Of a stretch of DNA of 64,000 nucleotides, positions 31,538 through 46,225 are shown one piece after another. The stretch spans positions 129,146,001 through 129,210,000 of the forward strand of contig OZ024745.1 of assembly GCA_964016885.1 (NCBI GenBank). The letters run 5' to 3'. The notes below the pieces were generated by a model. That model did no database searches. It had not been told where the DNA came from and was given only the letters and a program-made list of their open reading frames with translations. The position numbers and the translations under genes were made by a program. Each line of letters begins with the position of its first letter. Position 1 is the stretch's first letter. The stretch is from Eledone cirrhosa. Taxonomy: Eukaryota.

Positions 31538-31667
31538 AAGAAACAGGGGCTGTGTAGTTGCTGGATAAGGTGTACTTATAAATAAGAGGAAAGCACGAAC
31601 GGGAGAAAATTTTCCTTCATCAGTTGTCTGCTGGGGATCATGGATATTTCTACACATTAAAGACAAG

Positions 31668-31745
<78 letters not shown>

Positions 31746-32680
31746 GTATATATATATATACTTTGTGGAATGCTCAGCCACTTACACATTAATTTCCCGT
31801 GCAGGTTGTTCTGTTGATCGTATGAAGAGGAATATTCGTCGTTGTAACCGACGGAGTACCATTACAACTTACAAAAGAACAGCTGTGGTACTGCACCGGA
31901 ATTTGGCACTTTAAAACCTGATGCAAAGTTACATATGTATGTGTGTGCGTGTTTGTGTAAGAATGATTATAAGTACGTGTGTTTGTGTGTTAGAGTATTT
32001 GCTACATTTTTCAATGAAAGCCTACTTAAACATATGGGTACAACATATGAATAAATGAAAAATCTAAAATTTGCCGACTGCACGGAAATCCTTAATCATT
32101 TTATGTTCAATAGATCCTTTGGTTCTGTAGTCGGTTTTTATTATAGACTTCTGTAGTCGGTTTTTATTAAGGGAAACAAAGTACAATTTTTCTCACAGCA
32201 CTAGGAATAGCTGTCGATAATAACAAGATTATGTTCCTTTGAAGATTTTAAGTTTGCAAGGGAGTTTGTTTCAATTATGTAACTGTTATACGAAATATAT
32301 TTCCCCCCAAATAAATTAAATACTCATTGTATCATTACAAGTATATCTGTACATTGTAAATTGTGAATGACTCTACAAAATATCCGCCTTCCCAGAGTTG
32401 CTCTGCTACTTATGTCGTCTTTAGTATGTCGTTTTATGGCATAATATGTGGACTTTTCTATATATTTATTTTCGTGGACCAATGTTTCCTTTCTTAATGT
32501 TAGATAATTAGTCGTTTTAAAGGAGTTTCTGTAAGGGATACTTAGAGGAGGTATGATAAGGTGTAGAAGGAAGGGGTCATAACGATTCGGTTATCATACA
32601 GAATTCATTCGTGTACCATCGACTGTTAATGAACTCTGGCAAATACGAGATGAATTCGTTATACATACATACATACATAC

Positions 32681-33073
32681 AAATTTATGCCTGTGATTAT
32701 TGGGGCACTGGGATATGTTAGTAACTGCCTCAATACAAATCTTGAGAAGCTAGGTTTCACAGGAACAGAAAGAACACAACTAGTTAGGAAATTACAAGCA
32801 CAAACCATTAATGGAACAGTAAAAATATATAAAATATTCCAAACATTTTGCATCTAATAACTGCATATACACATGTACAGATACTAAGCATATACACATG
32901 CACACATACAACTCAAAACATATACATCCACACATACAATAACATCCATATCTACACAGGCTTGCATACATAACCTACCTAGTTGATGTCGTGTAAATTC
33001 CAATGAGAGAGTCTTGTGTCTATGTTATAAACCGACTCTCTCTCTATTGGCAAACATTTGTGAAATGTTGAAC
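32681..33073 (+). mobile_element. R4/Dong-like element 3' fragment
   Basis: FMPVIIGALGYVSNCL.. plus the same UTR as 3824-4110, with (CATA)n on both sides. Confidence 0.78.
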
Positions 33074-33085
33074 ATACATACATAC

Positions 33086-33621
33086 ATGGTGGCCGCCAAC
33101 TCGTTTTCGAGTACGGCCACTACTTTATATCCATGTAGGAGAACCCCTACCGATGCACTGAACGAGTGTGACATTTTAGTCCAGCCAGCGACTTGAAAAC
33201 TCTGGTACAAACACTACACTTGTGACAATTATTGACACATAGTGCTGGGCCCATGGTTCCATGTGATGACAAGTGCAGAGAGATCTCCAGATATAAAGCA
33301 ATGCCTGTGCCGTGAAGCTTTTATAGTGAGCAAAGGCACTGCACAAAGCCACTCCCACTCTCTTAACCAAGATGATATTTACCAAAAAGAACAAGTCAAC
33401 CATCAGAGTTGCAGGTGTTATATCAGAGTTTTCCTTCTCCTAGAATTCTGCCTTGACAAAGGCTAATGGGTCATCTCTCCCGATGATTTTGGATGGCCAT
33501 TGACTCTTAAGAGCTCCTTTGACCTTTGACAGGTTTTGTTTTTAGTCCCGCAGGATGTTCAAAGTCACCCTCCTCACCAAGAAACCTTGGTGGTGTTGCC
33601 AGTTTAGTCGCCAACGACCCA
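33086..33621 (-). mobile_element. RTE-derived non-autonomous element
   Basis: Same family as 3182-3787, with an (ATGT)n tail. Confidence 0.7.
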
Positions 33622-34175
33622 ACATACATACATACATACATGATGGCTACCGTCAGCCACACGAATCTGTAACATATCCTGAACAAGCAATGCCTGTGCT
33701 TTGAAGGCCTTTTAAGTGGGAAAAGGCCTTGCACTCGACCAATCCCACTCTCTGAGCATCGAAAACACTAGCCTAAAAGAACTGGTCAACATCATCGGAT
33801 GCTGCTGAAGCTGCAGGGTTTTTTTTTTCAGAGCTTCCCTCTCTTAGAAAGGTGTTGTGACAACAACATATCTCTATACCCACTCTGCATCTCCCCATGC
33901 ATTGAGTAGTCCCAGGATTAGTGGTCACCTCGGTCTCAGCACACACACACACACATATATATATATGCAGACGACATGTTGCCATTTAGCAACTCCCGCC
34001 GAAGGTTAACTCTGCCTTTCATCCGTCCGAAGTCGACGAAATAAAGTACCAGTAATGAACTGGGGACGATATATTCGGCTTTTTCCACGATCCCAAATTA
34101 CTGGCCTTGTGTCTAAACCAGAAATCATTTGTATTGTTATTATTGTTATTTTTGTTCTGGAATCTTCGAGACGTG

Positions 34176-34277
<102 letters not shown>

Positions 34278-34392
34278 ACACACACACACACACACATGTG
34301 CACACATTTCTCAACACACATACCTTCATGCAAATACAACTGTATGTTGTTATACTTCTTGTTGTTGCTATTGATGTCATTGTTGGTGTTGA

Positions 34393-34429
<37 letters not shown>

Positions 34430-34571
34430 CTTCTTCTTCTTCTTCTTCTTCTTCTTCTTCTTCTCCCCCTCCTCCTCCTCGTCCTCCTTCGTCGTCGTTG
34501 TCTTCTTCTTCTCCTTTCTCTTCTCTTCTTCTTCTTCTTCTTCTTCTTATTATTATTATTATTATTATTGT

Positions 34572-34624
<53 letters not shown>

Positions 34625-35430
34625 CTCTTCTCATACACCTCTCCTCTTCCACGTTCTCCTCCCTCTTCTTCTTTTTCTTCTTCTTCATATTTCATACATA
34701 TTTGCAGCATGCGTCTTATATACATGGTAATGGAGTTTTTATCTATGACATAAGCATGAAGCGACTGCATGTCTGATAAACCGTCTTTTGACATTATGCA
34801 ACATTGTATTAAACCGTAACAACATTTCTAGATCTTCTCCCCTACCACTACGACCACCAGCGCCACCAACAAGAAAATAAGTACAACAGTAACTGCAGCA
34901 ACGCCATCTTACAAAACCGGTGATTGTCAATAGAAATATGGCGACGTAATAAAGTTGGCTGCTTGTTTAGTTGGATGGCTGGTTGGTTTCATTTGCGAGT
35001 CAAATATGGTGACTGTTCATTGGTTGTTGCTAGAAGGTTGTTGTTTCAATAGGTGATGCAGTTGGTTGCATGAAATGAGGTACCTTGGAGTCAAGATGTC
35101 TTCATATGTTGGAAGCTTCCACAGAAACCGAGTTTCTTCAAAGAATTTCTTCCTCATGAAGCAGTAAGAGAAGAATTTATCATTAATATAATGTGACAAC
35201 CTGTAATATTATATAATATAATATATATATATATATACATACATGCATATATATATATATATGTATATATATATGTATATATATATGTATATATATATGT
35301 ATGTATAAATGTATATATATATATATATATGTATTTGCATATATAAAAGTATATATATATATATATATATAAATATGTATATATGTCTATATGGAGTTTA
35401 CGGCTGAAAGAAAAAGAAGGCTGAGAAGGG

Positions 35431-35519
<89 letters not shown>

Positions 35520-35840
35520 TAAGAGGAAGAGAGAAAGATGTAGAGAGGCAGTATAGTATACTAATTGTAGGAATATTGTCGTTTGTATAAACCTGGAGTT
35601 CGACTACCATTTATCGATGATCTCACAAATGAATAACACGTATTGTTTTTGAGTATGTAACCTTAAGCCTCCGACGATGTTGACCAGTACTCCTTTTCGG
35701 GTAGTGTTTTCGATGCCCAGAGAGTGAGATTTGTCGAGTGCAAGGCCTTTCCCCACTTAAAAAATCTTCAAAGTACAGGCATTGCTTACTCAGGATATGT
35801 TACAGGTTCATGTCGCATAAGGCTGCGCTTGTCTTCAATA

Positions 35841-36341
35841 TACGAGGGTGGGCTGAAATGTTCTTAGGCTGAAAGGTTTATAGGCTGACCAAGATACTCT
35901 CATGGAATGACCAAATGAGGTTTATATTTCAACATAATGCCTGGAAGGAAACAATGCAGCTATTTATAAGAAGAGAAGAATTTAATGCATGCGAGATTTC
36001 AGAGCTCTAGCATCATTCCTTCATAGTCTGACCAAGATACTCTCCTGGAATGACCAAATGAGGTTTATGTTTCAACATAATCCCTTGAAAGAAACAATGT
36101 GGTTATTGATAAGAGTAGAATTTGATTCATGCAAGATTTCACAGCTCTAACATTACTCTTTCATAGTCTGACCAAAATACTCTCATGGAATGACCAAATG
36201 AGGTTTATGTTTCAACACAGTCCCTGGAAAGAAACAATGTAGTTATTAATAAGAAGAGTAGAATTTGATACATGCAAGATTTCACAGCGCTAGCATCAAT
36301 CCTTCAAAGTCAGCCAATAAACTTTTCAGGCGACCCCCGTA
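35841..36341. mobile_element. Mariner-like MITE with three internal ~140-bp tandem repeats
   Basis: TA-cgagggtgggctgaaa ... tttcaggcgacccccg-TA, with repeat units starting near 35880, 36023 and 36163. Confidence 0.75.
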
Positions 36342-36659
36342 TGGCTTCTATCAAGTTGTGGTTACTAGAAAAATTAGCAATTTATAGTTAGTACACTTAA
36401 TCTATTAACTACCTGACTAATAAACACACAACCATCATATTTAATAGCAGTTGCCAGGCAACCCACACAATACTAATTCAGTTCACTCACTATACATTAA
36501 AAAAATAAGAAATTAAAAAAAAAAACAATCAAGACTGAAACTAATCACTCCACAAACGAATAAAGAGAACAAATTTAGAATTAACCATAACATTCAGAAT
36601 TAGTTTTTAACTTAAACTAATTCCACGATATTATTTACAATGAAGATTCTTATTCAAAT

Positions 36660-36900
36660 GCGGAGGAGGGCTTCTTTATTTGCTGATCTAAAGTCGAATT
36701 CCAGCTTAACCCAAAAGTCCTTCCATATCTTAACTTTGGACGCCTTTACTGACTCGGCTGCGATTCTTCATACCAGCTTGTACAGCAAATGCAAGAAGGA
36801 GGACTTTTTACAAGTCAAGCTTTATAATGATGAGAGTTATTAGGCCAATGAACACCTGTAAATGTGGTCGAAGCAAAATTCCCGAAGCTAGCAGGTCTTG
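36660..36900 (-). mobile_element. Old RTE-like LINE ORF fragment (APE-RT linker)
   Basis: Minus-strand YKLV*RIAAESVKASKVKIWKDFWVKLEFDFRSANK resembles the RTE linker region. Confidence 0.5.
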
Positions 36901-37131
36901 GGATGAAAAATTACAAAAAGTTCATTTAGTGCACGATATTACGGTAGACACACAGTATATAGTGACGAGGGTGAAAAAATGGCGGTAGGAATTAGGCATA
37001 TATAGAGGGATATACAATTAGATTGTTCAAAATAGCAGATAGTGTGTGTACAATTGATAGAGTAAAAAATACACGTAAGTTTTAATATGCTACGGAGAAA
37101 ATCTGTGTAAATCCTTTGAATATCTTTAGAG

Positions 37132-37306
37132 CAGGCATGTCAAACATGCAGCCTTTACAAGCACACCTGTGGGCCGCACAAATGTATTTACAGCGTGAGT
37201 ATGTTTTATCTTCGTAAAAATAGTTGTAATGTGCGCAATTAGTTGCTTTTTGTGGCCCTCAGACAACACATGTGGTCCTCGGGGGACCATCAGTTTGACA
37301 TGCCTG
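37132..37306. mobile_element. hAT (Charlie/Buster-type) MITE
   Basis: 14-bp TIRs caggcatgtcaaac/gtttgacatgcctg and an 8-bp TSD ctttagag/ctttagaa with central TA. Confidence 0.85.
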
Positions 37307-37530
37307 CTTTAGAACATCTGTGTGTTGTAGTAGTACTTAATGTCACCTATATCTGCCAGGAATTGCAACCGGTTGATTGTATCAGCAATGAAAAGACGAA
37401 TGGAAACATTGTTTCCTAGGTCCGATTTGAAAAAAATGAATACTGTAGACAAAATAAAATGGGATCAGATCTTTTGAGTCTCGCTGTACATATAAGTTTT
37501 AACATGTGTTTTCAACGCTCTCTCTCCCTA

Positions 37531-37615
<85 letters not shown>

Positions 37616-38709
37616 AATCTCAAGTACTCTGTTGAATAATGGTCTAACTGATAATTGTTTTTACTTTTAGCACAAGGCCAGCAATAACCCAGTACATTAC
37701 TGGTACTTTATTTTATCGACCCCGTAAAGATGAAAGGCAAAGTTAACCTCGACAGGATTTGAACTCAGACCGTAAAGGGACGTAACTATGCTGGAAAGTA
37801 TGGCACAATGGTCTAATAATCGGTTAATCCACATATATATATATATATGTATATATATATACATATATATATATATTTCTTAAAGTTAAATACGTGGATT
37901 GTAGTTTTACATTCAATCAACTATGCTTCCATCTACAATCATTTGCAAGCTAAAACAATACAGCCACCTGCCACACAAATATAAGAGCTCATACTGTTCT
38001 TGAATTTTAATAACGAACGTCTAATCTTTATAACAATATATTAATTGGACTCTAAATAATATCTTGTTATATGTTATTTTTGTTATATATGTGTTGATAT
38101 CGTTTATGTTCTAAACATATAGAGAAATAGAATGATTATTTCATTCATTGGCACAAAATCAAACATTTTAAACTTAGAGCATAAACGATTAAATTGAACC
38201 TAGTAATTCTCCACTATTTATATTATCAACTCCGAATGGATGCAAACTAAAGCCAATATTGGCGGGATTTCAAGTTAAAATCTAAAGGAACGTAACTAAA
38301 TAAACCAGAAGGTGTTCAAACTAGATAATCTACCAATTTTGTAATCTAGCGCCATTTTTACACAATCCTAATAAAGAAAGTATTGTTGATATATTTTTCT
38401 TACGATACCAGATACTCATACGTCGATAATTTTGTAGTAAAACGATAGCAGCTACCAATGATAACTGATGGAAGACTAAAGAAAGATGATGAGTCCAGCC
38501 GGAGGCGGAAACTATACAGACAGCTGAGATTCGAAAACATACAGTGAGTGGTAGAGGGCATTTGTTTTTGGTAGATTATAATATTTATTTGATTTACAGC
38601 CATATGGTTTCTCAGCTCGATGATACTGTGTAGCACACTTTGGGAAAGCATCTTCTACCATACTCTCGTGTTGACCAGTGACTTTCGAGTGGAATTTGCT
38701 TGATGGAAA

Positions 38710-38819
<110 letters not shown>

Positions 38820-38849
38820 AGATCAAAAGATGGTTAAAAGAGTTCCATG

Positions 38850-38920
38850 TATTTTATTATGTGCATTTCAAAAACAAATATCATCATGAGATGACATTTG
38901 CGTTTTCGTCAGATAAAATA
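38850..38920 (-). ncRNA. Minimal type I hammerhead ribozyme (family C-like)
   Basis: tattttat-CTGACGA-aaacgcaaatgtcatc tcat gatgatatttgttttt-GAA-ATGCACAT-A-ataaaata. Confidence 0.75.
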
Positions 38921-39606
38921 GGGAGACATGATATGAAGGTTAAAAAACACTTGTGAATAGTGCAGTTTTAAATCAACATATGAAAAGTAATTTAAGATTG
39001 ATGTGTGATATTGGGAAAAAAATGAGGGGGGGGGGTTGTAAAGGATGAAAAAGAGGAGGAGATGAGAGTAAAGAATAGTGGGGGAGCAGTATAATAAGGA
39101 AGGATGAGATAGGAGGAGAGATGGGTGATAGAAAGAGAGAGATAGCGTTTATAACTGAGAAAAATATATTGTTTCACAGAGAGAGGTTAAAAAGCCGTTG
39201 GAAGGTAATATATAATTTAAAAGAAAATTGATGAAGAGAAAAAAAATTAATGAAGAGAAAAAAATTAAGAATAATGTTAAATTAAGGTTTGTATATTGAA
39301 GGGTTTAATATGTGTGATGAAAAGAAATTGTTAATATGTATTATTAAAATAAAAATATTAATGATATTAAGGATATAAGCAGTAGAGGAGTGGATGAATT
39401 ATGAATTTAGAGGAATTAGTTAGTGTTTAAGTTTGTTTTTATGTAATGTAATATGTATGCGTAATATATGTAAATAGTTTGTTTACAAGTGAGCGCAGAA
39501 AGCTTTTGATCTTATATTATTTATACTCCAGTCCCACAAACTGTAGAGTGCTACTTATCCGATATCTGCATTGTTTTATTGTACTGAAATAAAACTCACC
39601 TCCTAC

Positions 39607-39707
<101 letters not shown>

Positions 39708-39922
39708 TTGTATATACTCTACGATCTATTGAGTACCGAAGGATATTGCATATATATATATATGCAATATCCTTCGGTACTCAATAGATCGTAGAGTATA
39801 TACAATATTTAATATAGAAATGGCGTCTACAGAACTAGAACTTTTTCATTCAAATGAAATCATCAAAGGTTTCCTGATTCCCTTCGAATGAAACGGTTCT
39901 AGTCCTGTAGAATGTAGAAACC

Positions 39923-39925
<3 letters not shown>

Positions 39926-39992
<67 letters not shown>

Positions 39993-40106
39993 TATATATA
40001 TAACATATATATATATATAAAATATATATATATATATTAAAAAAAAATATATATATAACATATATATATAAATATAACATATATATAACATATATATATA
40101 TAATAT

Positions 40107-40167
<61 letters not shown>

Positions 40168-40188
40168 TATATATATAATATATATATA

Positions 40189-40258
<70 letters not shown>

Positions 40259-40311
40259 TATATATATAATATACATATATATATATATATATATCATATA
40301 TATATATATAA

Positions 40312-40355
<44 letters not shown>

Positions 40356-40372
40356 TATATATATATAATATA

Positions 40373-40447
<75 letters not shown>
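39926..40447. repeat. Long interrupted (TA)n tract
   Basis: Directly visible. Confidence 0.9.
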
Positions 40448-40452
<5 letters not shown>

Positions 40453-40510
40453 ATAGCCATGTCAGTAGAATGAACACTTCATTCTTGCTCTTGTGTTGGC
40501 ATTCGAACAT

Positions 40511-40558
40511 AACTGCAGACACTAATGTTTCTGGGTATCACCCTTCATCAGTGCAGCT
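40511..40558 (-). ncRNA. Minimal type I hammerhead ribozyme
   Basis: agctgca-CTGATGA-a GGGT gat ACCC a-GAA-ACATTAGTGT-C-tgcagtt. All three stems pair and the site is GTC. Confidence 0.8.
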
Positions 40559-40850
40559 CACTGTTCACCTGCCAACTGCTATTTTCATAAATGCACAGTG
40601 ACTGATCAGCCTGATTTGCATATTAGCAGACTGGCTGATAAGTCAGATCTGCATATTAGCAGATCCACTGATCATCCAGATTTGCATATCAGCAGACTGA
40701 CCATATCAGCAGACTGACCATATCAGCAGACTGACCATATCAGCAGACTGTATACGAGCGATAAATGGCCGGTTTTGCCACATTCAGATAAAAAAGAAAA
40801 TTTACCTCTACATAGCTAAATACAATAAATGTAAGAAAATATCCCTTTTG

Positions 40851-41005
<155 letters not shown>

Positions 41006-41007
41006 TT

Positions 41008-41045
<38 letters not shown>

Positions 41046-41089
41046 CAATGGTATGAAATAAATGGAAACTATATTTATAAAACCATATT

Positions 41090-41150
41090 TATTTTATTAT
41101 ATATATTTCAAGGGTACCAAAACTTTGGTACGCACTCATCAGATGAAATA
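41090..41150 (-). ncRNA. Minimal type I hammerhead ribozyme (family C, inverted arm)
   Basis: Mirror copy of 41284-41344 within the palindrome 41045-41388. Confidence 0.75.
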
Positions 41151-41283
41151 CAAAGTTTGTTTTATAAATATTGACATATCCAGGAAGAAGATCTTAACGG
41201 TTCAAGTTTTTCCTGGATAGTTAAATCGTTAAGATCTTCTTCCTGGATATGTCAATATTTATAAATTTATAAAACAGACTTTG

Positions 41284-41344
41284 TATTTTATCTGATGAGA
41301 GCGTACCAAAGTTTTGGTACTCTTGAAATATATATAATAAAATA
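41284..41344 (+). ncRNA. Minimal type I hammerhead ribozyme (family C)
   Basis: tattttat-CTGATGA-gagcgtaccaaa gt tttggtactctt-GAA-ATATATAT-A-ataaaata. Confidence 0.8.
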
Positions 41345-41732
41345 AATATGGTTTTATAAATATAGTTTCCATTTATTTAATATCATTGATTATATATATA
41401 TATAATCAATGACACACACATAGACACACAGACACATAGATACATACACACACTCACACACAGCCACACTAAAACACACACAAAGACATACACACACACA
41501 CAAATACATAGAAACAGGCACACACAGACCCATACACACACGGACACACACAGACACACGCAGTCACATACAGATACACACACACAGACTCACACAAACT
41601 AACATACAGACAAACAGGCACACACACAGACACACATACACACACACACGCAAAGACAGACACACAGAAACACACACACAGAAACACACACACACAGACG
41701 CATAAACACACACACACAGACACACACACACA

Positions 41733-41802
<70 letters not shown>

Positions 41803-42018
41803 GACACACACACACACACACATCTATATACATACATATATATGTCAGGTGGCAGAGTTAGTTACGAGATGCTCGACTTCTCTCCAATGTAAAATCGCCA
41901 GCTGCCGTCTCAATCATTTCTGATGTAACTCAGAAGTAGTACAGAAACACATACAAGGTGAGTCGGCATATGTGTGATTGTATGTGTGTTTAATTTTTTA
42001 CTTGTACCATTATTATTA

Positions 42019-42505
42019 CTAGCAGGAGGTAGTATGTATTTTCGGGTGGTTTTCTGCTAGCATGTGTAGTGTTTATATTGATATTATACGCAGGTATATA
42101 TACATGTAGATATGATACATAAAATAAAATCGTAATTGACAATATTCACAGAAATTGAACGAAGACTGCGTTACACTCTCTTATGTAATCAGTAACGTAA
42201 TCCAGGATACATTAAAAAAAGACGATATTATATATAAACTGCATTAAGAGATAATTAGTGACAGAAATATATGAATATTTATTTAAACGATCGCTAACCG
42301 GAAGTGTTGACATTTGAAAATTTTAAAGAAATGAATCTTTAAATAAGTAATAAAATATATTTAATGAACAGCCACGAAATTTAGTAGATAAATTATGTAA
42401 TATTCATTCGTTATTTATTCAAAGTAATCCAACTTATTTTACTAAGGGGGTAACAAATTATAAACCGTATGCAATCCCGCGCTTCTTACTTTATTATAGT
42501 TTAGA
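42019..42505 (-). mobile_element. Possible non-autonomous Helitron
   Basis: On the minus strand A|TCTAAACTATAATAAA ... CTAG|T; a subterminal hairpin is not obvious. Confidence 0.35.
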
Positions 42506-42767
42506 TGTCCGGACATGATTTCTAGCATAATTACGTCCCTTTACGATCTGAGTTCAAATCCCGCCGAGGTTAACTTTGCCTTTCATCCTTACGGGTCGAT
42601 AAAATAAAGTACCAGTAATGTACTGGTAATTGCTGGCCTTGTGCCAAATGTAGAAACAATTATTATTACTTCGATATACGTAAGACTATGTATGTATGTA
42701 TGTATGTATGTATGTATGTATGTATGTATGTATGTATGTATGTATGTACGTAAGACAATGTATGTAG

Positions 42768-42965
42768 GTTGGGTTACTCTTGAGTGCTAATGGTAACATG
42801 TAACCCAGTACAACCTGTCGCATGGTCGGGTCGTCGGCGACTAAACCGGCAACCCCACCAAGTTTACTTGGTGAGGAGGGTGATTTTGGACACCCTGCAG
42901 TTCAAAAAACAATACCTGACAAAGGGCGGAAGAACTCATAAGAGTCAACGGCCATCCCAAAGTGT
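42768..42965 (+). mobile_element. RTE-derived non-autonomous element, 5' part
   Basis: Reverse-complement match to 3595-3780. Confidence 0.6.
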
Positions 42966-43519
42966 GTAAATATGTATATACACATGTACATATGTATGTA
43001 TCTGTGTATATACATGGGAGAGTGTGTATGTATATGCGCAGGGACATAGAATTAATCGGGTTGAACACCCGATCGCGCGGTTAAACCACTGGGAGTGAAG
43101 GACACCTAGTCTTTGTCAGGGCATTCTTCTAGGAGAAGGCAACTCAGGAAACTGGGATAACTCCGATATAAAACCTGCGGCGTAGTAGTTACTGACGATG
43201 TTGATCTTTTCTTCTTTTCGGGTTATAGCTACTGTCGCTCAGAGAGTGGGATTGGCTCAGTGCACTGTCTTTCCTCACTTTAAAAAAATATTTTCACGTA
43301 CAGGCAGTGCACGATAGAATTAATTAATAATGGTATATCGTGCAATGGCCATACTCGATAACGAGAGGGCAGCCATCATTTATGTATGTACGTATGTAGG
43401 TATCTATGTATGTATGTAATTATGTATGTACGTACGTATGTATGTACGTACGTACGTATGTATGTATGTAAGTATGTATGTATGTGTGTATGTATATATG
43501 TATGTATGTATGTATGTGT

Positions 43520-43784
43520 GTATCGTAAATATCGCGGAATCGTAAATATCTTCCGCGATTTTTTATGGCTTTTTTAATGCTAAATTATCAATAACAATAT
43601 AGCGTATTTGCCGGCGTATTGGATGCCCCTTCGCATAAGACGCTCTCTCCTTTTTAAATTATGTTTTATGTTATATTTTGACGTTTATAGGCATTTCTAT
43701 GGATTACGTCCGATATTCGCGGTTTTTCACTCTCCGCGGGTACCTGAGGAACATACCCGCTGCAAATACCGGGGGACAACTGTA
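43520..43784 (-). mobile_element. pogo/Tigger-like transposon end
   Basis: Minus-strand TA-cagttgtcccccggtatttgcagcgggtatgttcc terminus; the other TIR is not seen. Confidence 0.4.
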
Positions 43785-44332
43785 ATGTAATAGGATAATG
43801 GCTGGCCTTGTACCAAAAGTAGAAACAATTATTATTATGATCATCATTAGTAGCAGCAGTAGTAGTAGTAGTAGTAGCAGTAGCAGCAGCAGCAGCAGCA
43901 ATAGCAGCAGTAGTAGTAGCAGTAGTAATACCAGTGGTGCTATAATCCTACCATTCAGCAATCTTTTTCGATATGGTAGGATTGAACATTACAAACTAGA
44001 AAACATTAATAATTCTAACTTTGGCGCAGAGCCAGAAAGTTCGAAAAGTTTGGCAGACGATATTATCAACAAATATATTTAACTGGTATGTTACACAAAC
44101 CAACGATAATTCTATGTATTACAGATAATAATCAAATATCTCTAAAAACGGACGCTATTCTGATGAGCAAGAGAAAGACACAGTAAGGTAGTCAATACAA
44201 AGCAGAGTATAAATATTTAATATAGAAAGGCTTCTAAAGGACTAGAACTGTTTCATTCGGGAGAAATCATCAGCTTTCCTGATGATTTCTCCCGAATGAA
44301 ACAGTTCTAGTCCTGTCGAAGCCTTTCTATAT

Positions 44333-44396
<64 letters not shown>

Positions 44397-44628
44397 AATA
44401 CACATACACACGCACACACACGCACACACACGCGCGCACACGCACACACACATACACCCACACCAACACACACGCATATGCATACACATATATATATATT
44501 ATGTTATATGTTTAAATTGGTTATTCACTCTTAATTTATTATATATATATATATATTTATTAAAATAACAGATTAAAGTTTAAGCAAAGATTTTAGTCTT
44601 CAAATTTATTATTATTACTATATATATA

Positions 44629-44827
44629 TAACGAAGGAATTGGGTAAGGAACCAGATGGACCATAACGCACCAGAGTACTCAATACTTAGGGTAGTAGAG
44701 TGGGTAATAGGAAAAGGTATGACCCCGACGGCAGAGCTCAAGCCGTCCCAATGGCTATTTCTGGAATAGTCCAGAAATAGCCGTCGGGACGGCTTGAGCT
44801 CTGCCGTCGGGGTCATACCTTTTCCTA
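44629..44827. mobile_element. Family A foldback element; other copies at 7611-7787, 15691-15748 and 16856-17053
   Basis: About 60-bp inverted arms taggaaaaggtatgaccccgacggcagagctcaagccgt../..acggcttgagctctgccgtcggggtcataccttttccta plus an ~80-bp one-sided tail, in (TA)n. Confidence 0.8.
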
Positions 44828-45058
44828 TACATATATATATATATATATAAAAGGTAAACAGAAATAACAACACAATCGGTACAGTATATGGAAGTTATAT
44901 ATTAGGTTAACTCTTGATATAGCAGGAAGAGGGTGGAGAATATGGTGACTGTGTAGTTGCTAGTTAAGTGAGGCTTAACAATGGGATGAGAGTAAGAAGA
45001 AAACAAGAACGGGAGTTTTCCTCGTCAGTTGTCTCCTGGGGTCTCAGATATTTCAACG

Positions 45059-45113
<55 letters not shown>

Positions 45114-45805
45114 ATGATATGAAACGAAAGGAGCTGCGTGGTTTCTAAAGACAAGGTTTAGGATGGTGGATAGGACAGAACAAGAGGTGAAAGGAAGAAA
45201 GAAGTTTCTATCATCAGCTATAAATGTTTCCCGATCCGATGTTTCGGCGCTGAATTACAGGACATCGGTGTAGTTCGGGTGCGCCCGAAGCCTTTTATTA
45301 ATCAAAAGGCCAGGTGGAAAAGGAGAGAGAAAAAGAGAAAAAAGGGGAGAAAAAAGGATAGAGAATAGGAAAGAGAGGGAAAGGAGGAAGAACAGGCGAT
45401 AAAAGAAAATGAGGAGAGAGGAAGAAAGGGGGAAGGAAAAAGGGGAAAAAATAGGAAAGGAATAGGAGAAAAAGAAGGTGTACTGGTCCCATCGTGGGAA
45501 GACACAGGTGAAAGAAGCATGCAAAAGAGTAACCGTGGAAAATAGGGAAAGTAAGTTGTGGCCAACCTGGGAGACTTTAGTCTGGGGGTCAGCTACGACT
45601 CAGAGCTGGTATAATCGTGCTGCCTCTCGCATAGACAGTATATATTATATATTATATTTATATATTATATATTATATATATATATATATTATATATATAT
45701 ATATTATATATTATATATATATATATTATATATATTATATATATATACCTACAGTAAGGGAGACAAAGGGAAAATGTGAGAGAGAGAATAGAGGTAGATA
45801 GATAG

Positions 45806-45891
<86 letters not shown>

Positions 45892-46193
45892 TGTTGTGTG
45901 GGGTTAAAAGTGTGTATTACCAGCCCTCTCTGTCAAATGGACGTTGGGATTGTTGAAATGGGTTTTATAAGTGAAAACATTCCTAAACAGGTGTTAGGTT
46001 TATTGTTACCCGTAGGAAGTGTTCGTATGTGTTTACATGTGTATGTCTGTGTGTGTTTGTGAGTGTGTATGTTTCTTTTTGTGTGTATGTTTTATGCACA
46101 TGTATATGTGGAAGTGTGTATATGTATGTCTATAAATTGTTGCGCTATTGTATGTGTGTTTTCAGTGTGTATACTGCTACTACTGCGGCGACG

Positions 46194-46225
<32 letters not shown>

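Larger units (their letters stand above)
41045..41388. mobile_element. Family C foldback element; related at 62808-63135, fragments at 20785-20860 and 50480-50510
   Basis: About 155-bp inverted arms, each with a hammerhead, between (TA)n tracts. Confidence 0.8.

Noticed and set aside
31605-31655. Permuted GAAA...CTGATGA order here and at 45015-45060 as a type II hammerhead
   Set aside because: A real repeat family, but convincing stems I and III could not be drawn.
44155-45220. CTGATGA..GAAA at 44160 (+) and about 45204-45215 (-)
   Set aside because: Stems I-III cannot form; likely chance matches.
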